DNA of 60,899 nt, the filler included, from Sphacelaria rigidula (lineage: Eukaryota), in NCBI GenBank assembly GCA_964200075.2. It is 5 parts of 5 records of this genome, joined end to end, with 100 filler letters (N's around TTAATTAATTAA, not from the genome) between each part and the next. Parts side by side here need not be neighbours in the genome. Positions count along the whole stretch, not along the records: positions 36,603 to 48,701 come from CAXNAA020004128.1; positions 48,802 to 60,899 come from CAXNAA020004129.1; 3 more parts are not named here. One strand, written 5' to 3'. The notes beneath the pieces are model-generated. The model did no database searches. It was not told the DNA's origin and worked only from the letters and a program-made list of their open reading frames with translations. Positions 41,479 through 55,010 of the stretch are shown here, piece after piece; positions within the stretch are counted from its first letter, which is position 1, and every line of letters begins with the position of its first letter. A program made the position numbers and the translations under genes.

Positions 41479-41588
41479 CTGGATGCAGCAGCCAAATACG
41501 TCTCAAGTTTGTGCGACGCAAACTCTAAGTCATTGGATATTAACTTGTAGTTGATCTCCAGTTGTTTCAGCAGATCCACCGTGTCCAT
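41479..41588 (-). CDS. SKA2: Ska2-like (spindle and kinetochore-associated) protein, exon 1
   Basis: ATG 41588: MDTVDLLKQLEINYKLISNDLEFASHKLETYLAAAS+AG|gtgagg. Resembles the Ska2 N-terminus (V..LE..F.K...DL.Y...KLE). Confidence 0.65.
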
Positions 41589-41859
41589 GCTATCCTTGAC
41601 ACCGAGCACAGAAACGAAATGTTGAACCGCCAACTGCCAAAAGCAACCGCGTTATTTTCGATTTATATTCAGACCCGCGGTATGAGTCATTGTGAATAAA
41701 CTATGTACAAGTATCCGTGATATATCACGATATAATTGATTCGTTTTCCTGTGGCTCAAAACTATCTGTGCAGAAATAAAGGAAATCCGTTCATCCATAC
41801 CAAATTTCAGTCAGTTTTGGATACCCGAGTGATGCCGAGATAGCCCCCCCCCCCCCCAA

Positions 41860-42110
41860 GAAAAATGGCTGGTTTGAGGAGGCAAAATGTAAATAAATTT
41901 ACATGGGGACCTTGTGGGTACTCAAAATGCATGACAAAAAAGCCGAGCACACCGAGAAGCTGGGAACTCCCACGCTGGGAACTCCCACGCTCGGGATTGT
42001 TCTCGCCAAAGTCACCCATATGAGGTCCTTCATGCAGTCTGAAACTATCATGTGCTGTATTACCATTTTAGTCGGTACGATTTGGGGGCTGCGTTGGGGG
42101 GAAATATATC
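41860..42110 (+). repeat. Dispersed repeat family (also ~48400-48610 and ~55845-56045)
   Basis: Shared ccgagcac..cgag..gc.gggaa, catatgaggcgc.tcatgcag.ctgaaa and accatttt blocks. Confidence 0.7.
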
Positions 42111-42149
42111 AAGGCATCACTCCCCCAAGAGAATGACATGCACTAACAC

Positions 42150-43080
42150 ATTAATCAGAAAATCATGATCGATACGTAAGTCAATCGCTGTGGGCAGCCC
42201 CGAAACGTATCGTCCAAAAATTGTATACGTAAATCCACTTCACCAGTATTTGTGCAGTCAAGAAGTGTAGCAACCCCTTTAGCATGGCTTCCATCACCCC
42301 AAACGAAGTCAAGACAACGCCACTGGACAGCCGGTTTCCCACACACAACCAAGCCAACCACTGCTGGTAAGTTCTATATTAGGAAACCCCAATGAAAATG
42401 ACCCTCTATTTACGCTGCTACGCCAGAGCGTTTCAGCGCACCGCACTGAACACAACCCGCGGACGTTGCGTTGCAACCTTGGAGTGTGCACATTTTGTCA
42501 GAGAGTTGCAACACCATGTCCATCAGTACCAAGGATGTCAAGACCCCGCCGCTGGACAGTCGGTTTCCAACGGTTAACCAGGCCACCCACTGCTGGTCAG
42601 TTCGTGTCTGGGCATCGATTCTAGTTGTCAGTTGTTCCGACCCGATGTTTTTCAAAGTCACTTGGTTATAGTCTGGACGTCCGCCTGCACCAAAATCAGT
42701 CAGCAATCACCGTGGGACGGGCTGTTTTCAGACCTTTACGAGTCGTACTCCACCCATGTCAATGCGCGTAGCCCATGTGTGCGTTGATACATTTTGCTGT
42801 GCGAATGCCCGGTAACAACAAGCATCGCCAGTTGCTGCCATTGCTCTTCATCATGAGTGAGATGGTAGCCCAGCTTTGCCGCTGTGAGTGCTGTAATGTG
42901 CGGTGCAGGAGAATGATCATTATTGCCACGAAATGCTGAGGGTCTTGCCCACCGACGGCACAAACGAGAGATGGCAAGTTGCGCTGAATCTACGCAGGAC
43001 TTAGCCTTGCAGATGCTGGCACCATTGCCATAGGTGATCAGGACGTGTTGTTTAGAGTCAGATGGCGTCAATTTTTGGCG
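42150..43080 (-). pseudogene. Possible decayed Mutator/MULE transposase C-terminus (SWIM-like)
   Basis: Frameshifted fragments HVLITYGNGASIC..C / QHFVAIM and CGKP...C loosely recall SWIM and zinc-knuckle motifs. Weak. Confidence 0.25.
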
Positions 43081-46000
43081 AGATATCAGAGCGCTAGCAC
43101 TTCAAAACACCCTTGTCTGGAAAGCAGCTGTATGAGAATGCACACCAGCAACATCTCTCAGCGGATGCGGAGACTACCGTCAAAGCTGTGTACTCACTCC
43201 TTGATCCAAGGCTCTCTCCACAGTTTCCCTGCGTGTAGAATGTGCGTATTCTACACACGCAGGACAGGACTTCGTTGATCGTTTCTTCACCCGGGTCGAG
43301 CCTATCCGTTTACTGCCGTCGTGGGTCATCTGGGTCCGAAAAATTGTTTCCCAAGTGAACGTGATGCCGATTCAGCAGATCAGCGCCCCCCCCCCCGCCT
43401 CGAGGGTTCAGAAGCCCTCAGGTTAGAGTACGATACTCCAGGTACTCCAGAGTGCCGAAGTATCGATTGCCGTGAATACTAAAAACGGTAGTGCCTTGGA
43501 ATATCGATAGCTCAAATTACTCGTTTTCGCGCTCTACCCCATTCTATGAAGAGCATTTTGTGAAGAGTCTACCTATTCGACCTCTGGCATCGTTTCGGAA
43601 GAGTATCGATGGCTTACAATCCAGGCGTTCTCGTGTTTCTGAGGAGAGGGTGTACAAGTTCCCCGATCGCCAGAGACCGCTTCCCATGTCAACCAAATTT
43701 GTAGGAAATTTCAAGGTCGGACAACAGACTGGAAGGGAGCGGGGTCTTTATTTCTTCACCTTGAATTGGTCGAATTATCCATCTGTTCCCCTACAAATCA
43801 TATATTGCCCACGTCAAGGTAAAGGTGAACGTGAGTAACTCAGCAACGACCACTCAACCATCGAAGCGCACGAAAAAAGGAGGTACTGTGCATGTTGCTG
43901 TTTGTGCAGTCTCGCGCGATTTGCTTCTTGTGTCAACATAGCTGCGCCCTGCTGTTGTACAACGGTACTCAGCAGAAGCAATAATTGCGTACTTTTCGTT
44001 TTCAGTCGCCGCTGAGAAGTGTGGGGTACGACAGCATCATGGCTCCCCTGAGTACCGTTGACATGACGTGACATGCAGTGTAACCTGGAATAGGAGGTGC
44101 GCCAGCACTGCCCTGGAAGTACCGATGACTGCGAAAGCAATCGAAGTGGTACGTCGTTTTTGCGTACATCGCAACAGAAGGGGTAAACAACGTGACCCGC
44201 TTGCGTTCGTGCGGCACCATGCACCGCCTACCCAGCCGAGCAAAACGTAACACACACATGACTTGGCGAGGAGAAGCGCTCGGGGGTATCCATGCGTGAA
44301 TTTCCACACAAACGCTGAACAACCGCCTGTTGATACCGAAGGGCGTTGTCTACCGCTTGAGAAACACTTCCGAAGCCACAATTCAGCGTGAGCGGTACTG
44401 GGTGGTCTGAGTCGAGATCACGTTGAAGGAGTCCGTGCACTGTAGTAATTAATTCCACTCGAAAATCGACCTGATGTTTCAGGTTCAGGGTGCTGTTGGT
44501 TGAGTGTCGAATGCTGCGGATGGCCTAAGCGGGGTGGTAGCTAGCTCATTGTGCGGGGATTAGTTGTGCCTTTATCTTGGATGGGAAGGCGATTCCCACA
44601 CGAAAACTTGTAACAGATGAAAGCTCTCCTCACGGGCTTTCCAAGCGAACAATTTTGTCGGTGCCTTCTTGAGATAAGGATGCCAACACAAGTAAATCAA
44701 GTATTGGCACGAGAAATAAGTCGAGTTTTTTTTTTTGCGTTTTATTGGCATCAATTACAAGTGCGCCCAACGCACAGGGACCAGGGTAAAAGCCTGTGAG
44801 TACAGCTTTCAATCAGTACCCGGTTCGTCGTGTGAGGCAAAGCTTCAAAGGGTCTGAAAAGATACACATGTTACATATATGGCTCGTCAGTTGTGGTTGG
44901 CAATCTCGTCCGTTCCCGCTGTACTTTCAATGCAAACGTAAGTTCTTCTGTAGAGCCGTTCAATGTGCGTAGCACGTATCCGGGGCGATGAAATCGTCAC
45001 CCGACGCAAGTGGAAATAGTATACCGGGCTCCGTCCCAGGCTAACGTGCTTTCGGCGCTGCAGGGCACGCGGTATGTGAAGATCGGAACCCGCACTGGGA
45101 TTTTCTCTGACCCTCGGTAAACATGCAGTAAAAGTTCCGGATTCTTCACCAAAATTCACATTGCTGACTGCCAAAGGGACGAGGAGCACGGACGTGGGTT
45201 TTGTTCTTGATGGTGCTGTGACAATGAAAATAAACATGGAGTGTACGTTTTTTGAATATGTGATTTCCACCACCACATCGACTACTGTACTGTACTGTAC
45301 TGTACATAAGAACATCGGAACACCGTATGTAGCATCGCCGGTTACACTATGTTGGAAGATGAGCGTATTTGTATAGAAAACAGGGTTGTACACCCTGATG
45401 TTCATGTCGCATCCCCCCCCCTCCCCCGTCGTCGTCATGTGTCCTTCCCACACCCGTCAGGAACGTGTACAATGAGTGGGCATTGTGCGTGAAAAACGAG
45501 GGCGACGATGAGTCCCCGGCGTGCACTGGCGCGCGTCAAAAGTCCATGTCCATATGTCCGGATGAGTGGGTGAGTCCACCCACGTGGTGGTTTTTGCAAC
45601 GGCATCAGGCCATTGGCTTTGGGGGGTTGTGCATAACATATCCCAGGCGGCGGGTGAGGGTGGACAATAATGCAAGACCGTGACCATGAAACGGCACCCC
45701 ACGCTAAGCACCTCTGTGCACCGACGACGGGGCTCGCGGCCAGGGAAATATACGACCAACCATACTGAGATGGGGATATACCGATACATGAGCATCGCCA
45801 TGACCCCCGGCGGGTTGGAATATTCCCTTCGCTGTCTGCTCGTCTGCTTGCTGCTTCGTTTCTCTGCTGCTGCTCCATTCGCCCCGGCGCGACCGTTCAT
45901 TCATGTACAGTAGTACGTACACTGCAGGTGTGACTCGAGTGTGCGAGTCAATCACAAGCACTCTTCACTACGTCATTTATCTCAAATGTCACGATTCATT

Positions 46001-48701
46001 GGCACTAGATTCCTCTGATTCCTTACTGAAGGGCCTCTGATTGATTGAAATTCACATATCACCACGAAAATCTACCTCTATGTATGAGCGTAGTGCCTAA
46101 TTTGAGAAGTTGGGCTCCGAAATTGTTACACATTTTCATCAAGATGCGCAACAACAATTCAACCACGGACCCTGACATATCCTGTTTTCTTGCAGAAGCT
46201 AGTTCCGTCGCTGAGGTCATATGTTATATAGTACATTTTTTTCATTGGCGGATCTTGCACGACCAGATTGGTCTGGAGGTCACAGCGGAATGCTCCTATG
46301 AGGCCGATTCAAGAAACTAAAAAAGTTGATGTTTGCTGAGGGTTTTTTCGTTCCACAAGTGGCCCATCTCGTGGTGTCTTGGAATATTCGCACTTAGTAG
46401 AGCTGTGGACTGGCTCCCCTGGGTCAGTTGAGTTCGGCCTGTCAGTCGATTATTTGCCGGTTGATCGCCTTCCCCGATTTGCGGGGGAGCCGCGAGCTCC
46501 AACGCCTCAAGCTTGGTCCTCAGCCTTGTCATACAACGTTTACAATAGGACTTTGTTGTTGGCTTTCTTTCCCCTTCGGGCTCGTGGAGAGTCCACGGGG
46601 GTTGGTAGCAGCAAACGTGTCCTCATCACGGACCGCGCCATCGGCGGCTGCGGGCCAGCACCGACATCGGAGCCTGCTGTGCTCCTGCGCGTCCACCTTG
46701 CGGCCTCTATCTGGTCCCTTGCCTCCTGCAACTACCCAGGGCAGCACTCGAGGTCCCGTGAAATTGTGTGTGCCTATGCGGTGGTGGGATGTGGAGATTT
46801 TTTACTCCTTGCGCTACTGTTATTGGGGAGAAAGAGGGTCATAACGCCCAAAAGTAGTTATTCGGGGGGGGGGGACGCGGACGGATAATGAAGACGCCAT
46901 CAGCTTATTCGAGGAGGGCACACCCTTCGTCCCTACTTCACCATTTGAGTATACGACAGTCTACCATAGGGCATCGATTTCATGGCGTCCTCTCGACACA
47001 GGAAGCAAGTCGGCCTGTGGCACCTTACAGCCTCGACGTTGATGACTGTGGCTATCCCTGTGTGGTATTGCCACGCCTTGTGCAGATTAATTTCTGACGG
47101 TTTGTGGTGTTGTACACATGCTCTTCATTTGTAAGTCGCAAGACGGTCAGGCCCCCAATGTCAGGGCAGGCAAAAGTTATCCTGTGCCGCGCCATCATCC
47201 ACCACGCTACAGACTGCTGTTGCTGCGCATGTTCAGTTCCTTGTCAACGCTTCCATACAACCTACGGAAAGGGTATTACCGTAGCACAGAGAACCCGCAC
47301 CGCACCGGTGGTACCCTGCCAACCGGCTGGCTAAATGTTTTGTGCAAGATGAACTCTAATATATTGGACTGGCTTGGCTCGATTACTGGTACTAAGATTC
47401 AATATTGTGCATTCATTAGCAGATGACTGAGGACATTGAATCAAACACGTGTTTTTGTATTAGACTATCAAAACAAATGCTGCTGACAACTCCCCCTGTG
47501 AATATTTCACTCACCCCCCCCCCCCCCCCTCCTGCCGCGCGCCGGGTCACCGCCAAATTCGCACCGACTGTTGACTGCTTTTTTTTGTGCAGACCGAGAA
47601 GTGGGATGAGGACAGGGAGGAAGGAACTTTTTTGGGCATCAAGTGAGGGGACTTGATGTTAGTTCAAGGTCGCTACCCGTCTGCGCTGGCTATTATTGCA
47701 CCACGTTCATATGACCCGAATTTCGGCCTCGTGTTCGTCCTGACATGATCCACTCGGATCCTCACGACGTGGGAATGGGTGACGCTGGAGGGTCTTGAGT
47801 TCTGAGAGGGCAGGGGGGGTGGAGGAGGGTGTGCAAGCGAGATAGCAGATGGTAGGAAATAAGATGTAGGGGAAGCTCTATCGTTTCGACGAGCTTGATA
47901 TGCGGATTTTATAGCAAGAACACGAAAAAAGTCATCGGGAGGACGAGCGTGGGAAGGCCCTGGCTGCAGGAGGGACGAATCTCCCCTTCTCCCGAGATGT
48001 GCGTCACGCGCTGGCAATGATTCGACGTTGTTCATCGTTTTGGGAGGATGAGGCGTGCACATGATGCATCGGGGCTTGTGGCACGTCGTGCAAACAATTT
48101 TTTATTCGGTTTCTTCTCGTGCTGGATTCTTTCAATATTTCATCCTGCCGTCACATGTACGGTAATGTTGATCAAGAGAGTCGAAAAAACCAAGAGTTCA
48201 GACAGCAAGCAAACGAGGGGGTGTACTTGAGCGAAGGCAGCGATTTCGACAGCCCGGTCCAGCTGACTTACAGTACACTACCGATGGCCCGCTCTTGCTG
48301 CAGGCGCACATGGACAAACATGTATACAAAACGATACACAAGAACCTTCGTAATAAATTTTCTCTGCCGTGCTTTGCGTCTCAATTTTACAACAGCCCTC
48401 CCCCAAAGTGCCTGGCTTGGGGAGGCATAGTCTGCCCGTGAATCGAAATGACAAAGCCGAGCACAACGAGCGGCAGGGAATGCCCACGCTTGGGACCGTT
48501 TTCGCTCGTGTCGCCCATATGAGGCGCCTCACGCAGCCTGAAAACCAAACATCATGCGCTGTGTGACCATTTTCATCTTAACAGTTTTGGGCTGGTTTTG
48601 GGGACGGGGGGGTATCAACAGTGTTTTCGTGAGATTGAGGGGAGATGATACGATCGAGAGTGGCTTTGATCATCCGCTTTAAGTGAGTCATTTTTTTATT
48701 C

Positions 48702-48801
48702 NNNNNNNNNNNNNNNNNNNNNNNNNNNNNNNNNNNNNNNNNNNNTTAATTAATTAANNNNNNNNNNNNNNNNNNNNNNNNNNNNNNNNNNNNNNNNNNN
48801 N
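48702..48801. other. Artificial contig linker
   Basis: N44-TTAATTAATTAA-N44. Confidence 0.98.
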
Positions 48802-49165
48802 TCCCTTCGAACTACTGACCATTTTACCGTTCTGTGCCCGTAGTGCAGCTATCCCCTTGTCCATCTTTCCTGCCTTGGAAGGCGAGGGGGGGCGGGTACG
48901 CCGTTTTAACGCTTGCAATTCCTAGTATAAGTCAACAGGGCTAATTTTGCGGTAAAACGGGAGAAGCATATATCGTGATTTGGCCCTAACTAGCTATATA
49001 TACGTTGTATATCGTCCGTGATAGAGCAAAAGGCGTATGTATATATACCTTCAGCACCAGAAAACGACCCGTCAAAACCTATCAAAACGAAGCAAGACCA
49101 TGACATCGTATTCTGGCTTGCGTCTTCCCTTTCAGGTGAACCATCTTTCCCCTTTCGCCCATTTG

Positions 49166-49331
49166 TATTATTATTATTATTATTACCATTTGTATTATCA
49201 TTATTATTATCATTATTATTACTATTATCATCAATGTTATCATTATTATTACTATTATCATCATTATCATCATTATCATCATTATCATTATTATCATTAT
49301 TATCATTATCATTATTATCATTATCATCATT
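49166..49331. repeat. (ATT/ATC)n microsatellite
   Basis: Direct reading. Confidence 0.92.
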
Positions 49332-50211
49332 CTTATATTTATTTTTCTTACTATGATAATTATTTCCGCACATAAGTCCGATTTTTCGAACCCATGGTCA
49401 CAGACGTAGGCTCATCTTTCCAATACCGTCCCTGCTATTCCTTGCAAGACGTGAAGCTCTCATTGCTGCTATGAGACTCCAAGAAAACACGAATATATTA
49501 CCAAATAAAACAAGAAGAGATACGCCAAGAAAACACAAGTGGTACAGCTTCCCCCCCCCGAGTTGATCGGGGTGAGGTGAAAAAAAAATATCAGATCTGC
49601 CAAAAAAGTATACAGAAGAACAAGAGAAAGGAGAGACAGAAAAGACAAATGGGATTAGAATGGCTACCAAGCGAGGGTCAAAATCATCAACAACTACAGG
49701 CACCTTCGTAGACAAATACCAGAGCCGCTCGGAATACGGCAAATGCACTAGCGAGTGTACCACGTGATGGCCTATTCATTGCGTTTCGGTGGTCCTCGAC
49801 AGGCACTATAGCGTGTTAGGCCCATCATTACCGACGTTGTTTTTTCACAGGTCTCCGAAATCTTCGGGACTGGCGAGGTAAGCTGATGACTCTCGAACGC
49901 TTGCGAGCACCACAGCGTACACACAGAGCAGCTAGGCGAAGCGCTGCATTGTAGTCCAAATTTTTGTTTCTTCTCCGGAAATGAAGATTTTGGAGGGAAA
50001 AATCAAGCCGCTTCGTGTTCAGAGAAGTCTGAACGCAGAGAGGGAGTCCAAAACGTCTTGAACATCCTGAGATCTCAGAAAAATACAGTGTCGATAGTGA
50101 TGGTCCTTATCTTGCTATCAAACCAGCGATTCTAACCAGAGCAATTCGTGTATTTTTCCTCTTTCATGGCATCATACACGCAATATACGGTAGCCGGGGA
50201 GTTAGACCCAC

Positions 50212-50286
50212 CTCTTCCATAGCCTGCGCCAGCTCCTTCTCCAACTTTCGCATTTCCTGCGCCTTTTGATCCAAGATTCGCCGTTC
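50212..50286 (-). CDS. CCDC42/CFAP73-like protein, exon 4 (gene appears to continue beyond the contig end)
   Basis: caacgcag|ERRILDQKAQEMRKLEKELAQAMEE|gtgggt, phase 0/0, coiled-coil. Confidence 0.82.
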
Positions 50287-50853
50287 CTGCGTTGACAACA
50301 AATACACGAGAGCAGCATCCCCTAGAGAAGGAGCCAGCGCCTGAATCGTACTTGTGGTACTTACTGCAGGTAGGCCTTCGTTTTTTATGCGTTTTTTTCC
50401 CCAAGAAACTTATGCGTCTCGTTCAAAAGGGGCCATTTTGAAGCGGAAACCCCGCCGAGGCGTTACACTTACTTGATTTTAGGGTGGAAGACCGAAAAAA
50501 AACACAAGTCATGCGAATTGTATGCGCGCATAAACAACAAAGGCCTAATATTGTGACGGTCTCCCTTTGTGGCCATGTCCACGGCCTGTGGCACGGGGTT
50601 CATAAGCAACGCGTTTCATCTCCATGGAGCCAATTAATGTCGCCACGGCGCACGTCAGTGGTCTGCTGCAGTCGGTAAGCAAGTGCGGCAAGTCCGTGCG
50701 TTGTTGTGTGTGAACATCTCTGTTTCGGAAAAAAATGAAGGCCGTGCGTTTGTAAGGAGTATCGTATCGTAGCGCAAGTCTTCGTACCATAAACCGGAGA
50801 AAAGGGGCGCATATGGTGCGCGGGAGGGGGTTAGGAATCGAAAACTCCAATGC

Positions 50854-51182
50854 TGTGTTCTGTAGGGTACGGATATGTTCGGTAGGATATGAAATTTCTT
50901 ACAGAAGTTGCAAAAAGAGTCGGGTATCAGTATGGACGTATTACAGAAGTTACAGAACTTGTCGGGTATGGTATGGAGGTTTCACCGAAACCCTTACCCT
51001 CAACCGACTATTTCTACAAAAGTATCCACGTACCCCAGGTGAAGATAAAAAATCCGCATAGATCTAACATATAACTGTCGGGTACCCGTATGAGAGGCTT
51101 CCCGAACTTACAGAACCGTCGGGTACGGAAAATACCCCGGGTAATACCCCGGGTATACAAAAACCGTACCCTACAAAATACA
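50854..51182. mobile_element. ~330-bp MITE with TIRs and tcgggta subterminal repeats
   Basis: tgtgttctgtagggtacgg vs ccgtaccctacaaaataca. Confidence 0.7.
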
Positions 51183-51322
51183 ACCTCGGAAAAATCTACT
51201 CTTATCCCGTGAAACGTTTTCTTGTCTTGTACACGGTTGCTGCCACGTACCCCACCGACCTCGTACTCGAGGGTAGTTTCCAGCTAGTGGAATGGTCGCT
51301 CGTGGGGTACCATGGATCGCAC

Positions 51323-51433
51323 CTGTTTCGCCTTTGCTTCCGCTCGAGCTCGCTTCGCGTCATTCTCCTGTATAAACTTCTCGAACTTTATCACCTGCTC
51401 TCTCATGTCCGTCTGCTTTTGCTCGAACTCGGC
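51323..51433 (-). CDS. CCDC42/CFAP73-like protein, exon 3
   Basis: gatag|AEFEQKQTDMREQVIKFEKFIQENDAKRARAEAKAKQ|gtgcga. KF.KF..EN..KR.RA is the DUF4200 signature. Confidence 0.9.
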
Positions 51434-52411
51434 CTATCACCACCCACAGAAGGTTGTCAATGAACGAAACGCAGCGTACTGTGCTGTTGGGGAACTTCTC
51501 TTTTTTTTTTGCTTTCGACCCGAGATCCGGAAAAAGTCCAACCGGGGGTCTGCAGAGGAAAGCTCGATTGGATGAGCACACTACTCTTGAGCCCATCACT
51601 ATACGCACACCTACCTTCCCTTTCGTTCCACGTGTACGCGGTGTTATGATTGAAGAGGCACGTCACCTATCATCTCCGATTGCAGCTTTATTTCCTTCAA
51701 CCCGACCCTACATTTATGCGCTAAGCTTAAATGTCCGAATCTCGCGTGGGCACAAGCACCCCACTCCCTTCGACCTGTAAGCACACATATATCTATCTAT
51801 CTATCTATATATATATATGTGTGTGTTTTTACCCGTATAACATGGGATATTAGAGAGTTTCGGAAAACACGTTTTTGTCCTTTGAGAGTGTAAATATCTC
51901 AGGATCAGAATGCAGAATAAAAAAAAAACATCGAAAAAACGTTAAGGGGATACCACATTTCACGGAGAGGAAAGTAATTTTTTGTTACATTCTAATCCTG
52001 AGATATTTGCACTCTGAAATGACGAAAAAACATTTTCCGAACCTCTCTATTAACTCGAAAAAAGTAGGATTTTTTGGTGGGACGCTCTTTCGCAAAGTGT
52101 CTTGTGTTGAGGTGTCAGAGCATCTAGTACCTGACCCGACATAAGTGTGTATGTACTCAGCGGAACGGCCAACGCCTCCAAATAGTGGCCATTTTTCGAG
52201 AGCGACGGTTTGCAAAGGTTGTGTTTGGTACCCAAAGTCAAGCGTCCGGTCCAAAAGCTCGAATATCAGCCCATTAACGAGCCATGCCACGGTACGGCTT
52301 GCACATTTGGACCTAAAAGTTTCTCAATGATTTATTCCTGAAGTAAAATAGATATATACGATAATATGGGTCAGAACAATCCCGTGTTTAAATTAACTCG
52401 ATATATCCCTA

Positions 52412-53248
52412 CGAGCTGGGCCAGCCTAAAAACGGATTCAAGCTCTAAAAGCAATACCTCATCGACACAGACGAGTTGGGCCGTGATCCGCATATCGTAT
52501 TAATCGTCTGATGAAGGGGAAGGTGCCCATCTGCTCAAAAATCTGGGCCAATGTTTTCTCGTTGATTAAACCCCATGTCTAGTCCTATACCTAGCGGTGA
52601 TAGCGCCAATACTAGAGTCTCTATGAAACTCCCGATCGATGCATTTAGCGGATGGCGACAAATTTTGGTGTGGAGAACCATAAAAGAGTGCCGAATAAAT
52701 AAAAAAATGGGCCTCCATTTTATTTTTTCATAGAGGTTAGGGGGTTCTCGTGAAGAAATGGTCTTCACCATAGTAGAACGCCCTACACCAGTGGAAAATA
52801 TTGAAAAAAATCAACCTGACCCACTTTTTTTGTCAATTATGCCTTAGAGAGCGTCCACACAAAATTTCAATGCACGAAAACCAAACACGAGCCGATGAGT
52901 GGCCTGCGAAATACTGTTCCGAATTTCTACCGACCCGGTTTTGTAAAGGCCCATGCTCCCGACAATATTTGGAGTTGGGCCCTGAAATTTGGTTTGGACA
53001 ATGAATAGGGCATGAAGAAAAAAATTACATCGGCAACAGAACTTTTTTTTTCCCATGAGTTATGGGCAATAATCAGTTTTCAGGTTTCAGTAAAATGCCT
53101 TCAACTCATGAAAAAAAAATCTGGTGCCGATGTAATTTTTTTTCATGCCCTATTCACTGTCCATACCAAATTTCAGGGTCCAACTCCAAATACTGGCGGG
53201 AGCATGGGCCTGTAAACTTCAAATCTGCCTCTAGGCTGGCCCAGCTCC
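52412..53248. mobile_element. CGAGCTGGGCCAG-TIR element, copy D
   Basis: ta|cgagctgggccagccta ... taggctggcccagctcc|ta. Contains an internal inverted repeat at about 52945-53215. Confidence 0.78.
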
Positions 53249-53881
53249 TAGCCTGTTGAAATATTGTTTGTGGTGGCGTGCTATCACGTATTTTCAAACC
53301 TCGCTTTTTGGATGAGAGGAAGGGCTCCCAATAATTCAAAATCTGGCGAATATTTTGTGGAACTCTACCGTGGCATGACTTTTAACTACGAGAATGATGG
53401 TGTCGATCAGATGATCTTGCAGCAACAACAGCCCCTCGCTGTGTGCTCAAACAGCTTACTGCCCCGCTTGCAGTAACTGGAAAGAAGATGATATGTTGTA
53501 AGTCTTTATTATTACTATCCACGAGTAGAAAATTGAGTAAAGAGAGATGAGGGAGACGAGTGGAGGAGTAGGGCGTAGAGAACTACCCTGTCACGACAGC
53601 CTACGATCCGAAAAAGTACTGCGCCGCAAGATCCGCTATACACTTCCCAAAATATAGGAACTCGGAACAATTTGCCTTTCTCCAGTTACAAGGAATGTTC
53701 TCAGTAGCCTTGTCAGAACAATCGAATACCCCGCAATTTCTCCGCTCATGCTTCTGGCTGCTGTTCGTCGGTCACCTATATTGAACACTAACATGAATTA
53801 TCCCACGGGAAAAACAACTCAGGAGTCAAGGCGATCAAGGCCCTCTACAGCGATGGCGCGGTCTACCGTATATAGAACAGA

Positions 53882-55010
53882 GGGGGGGGGGGGGAGGCAT
53901 ACTCATTTGTTGCTTACCTTAGTCATTTAGCCATTGACCACGAATTTCTTTCGAGACGGAGCACCGTTCCTACTCCTGTTAGATACACCTCCAACATTTA
54001 GGCATTCATCACGTTTCTTCAATACATGACACAAAAATATTCTATATATCTTATCCTCGTCCTGTTTCGCCGTCTATGGCCACCATTTATCTCCTCTCCT
54101 ACTATGGCCATCGTTTCCTCCCTACTGTCTAATGCATCAAACGAGTTTATGCCAACTTCGTTCACGCCCCGCATCTCCCCCTCTCGCACGTGCCGTTCCT
54201 CCTTGTATAGTTCACAATCTGCCACTATATGTGTGTTGCTCTATATTGCTTTGCCGCAGGGGCAGTTCTGTGCATCTACTTCCTCCTCCACACGATGACT
54301 GGTATATCTTTTCCTTCTTTCTGGCAGGTCCAGGTCCCCCACCCGAAATCGCAGTTTCAAGCGTTTCGTCGCGTCCATGGGGCCATGCAAATACATTTTC
54401 ACCCATATCCCCTCTCTCAACCCACCGTATATCTTCAGGTGTTCTTCCTCGTCTACTTTGCGTCTGAGCGCTCGTTTTGCCCTTATTTCTTTACAATGTA
54501 ATCCTTTCACTCTGGATCTATTTTATTTTATTTTGGTTTCTTCTGCTAGCCTGTGACCACGGAAGCCGTCCGCATAAGATGCCCAGTACCAATGTACCGC
54601 GCAGATATCGGCACGGTTTTTAATGTGAAGACAACAACAACAACAACAATCCGTATTACTTTTGTCTCGTACCCCGCGCCTACACCTATGGTCAGTATTT
54701 CGTCTTGGTTTCCTCCTCTCTCCTTCCATACTTTCTCGCCTTCTTTATCCGACCCTATTCAAGCCCGCTCTTTTGTAATTTTCTTCCACACAGCCTTATC
54801 AACTGTAGCTAGCAATCTTTTCCTCCGCATGTTCTTTACGCTATATTGGCACCTCAATTTCCTCATGTCTCTGTTCGCTTCAAGTGAGTATATTCCCAAC
54901 TCTGCTCTCGACGCGGTTTTATTCGTCGTTCTCGAGCATCCAAGTATCTTCTTAGCTGCTGCCATCTGTACTATGGAACAGAGGGCGTATCTAACAGTGC
55001 ACGGTGAAGG
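53882..55010 (-). mobile_element. 5'-truncated LINE (ORF2 C-terminal part), interrupted at 54546-54650
   Basis: QMAAAKKILGCSRTT...RAELGIY..., then LKLRFRVGDLDLPERRKRYT...NCPCGKAI, with the same 3' end as the other copies. Confidence 0.78.
54546..54650 (+). mobile_element. Non-LTR retroelement 3' end with CAA tail, copy 3, inserted antisense into a LINE
   Basis: Matches 12352-12500 and 26682-26795. Confidence 0.75.

Noticed and set aside
48990..49375. Low-complexity ORFs (poly-N/D, L/S, Y/H, I/M), and similar ones at 12150-12758, 31343-31617 and 33494-33830
   Set aside because: They are translations of microsatellites.
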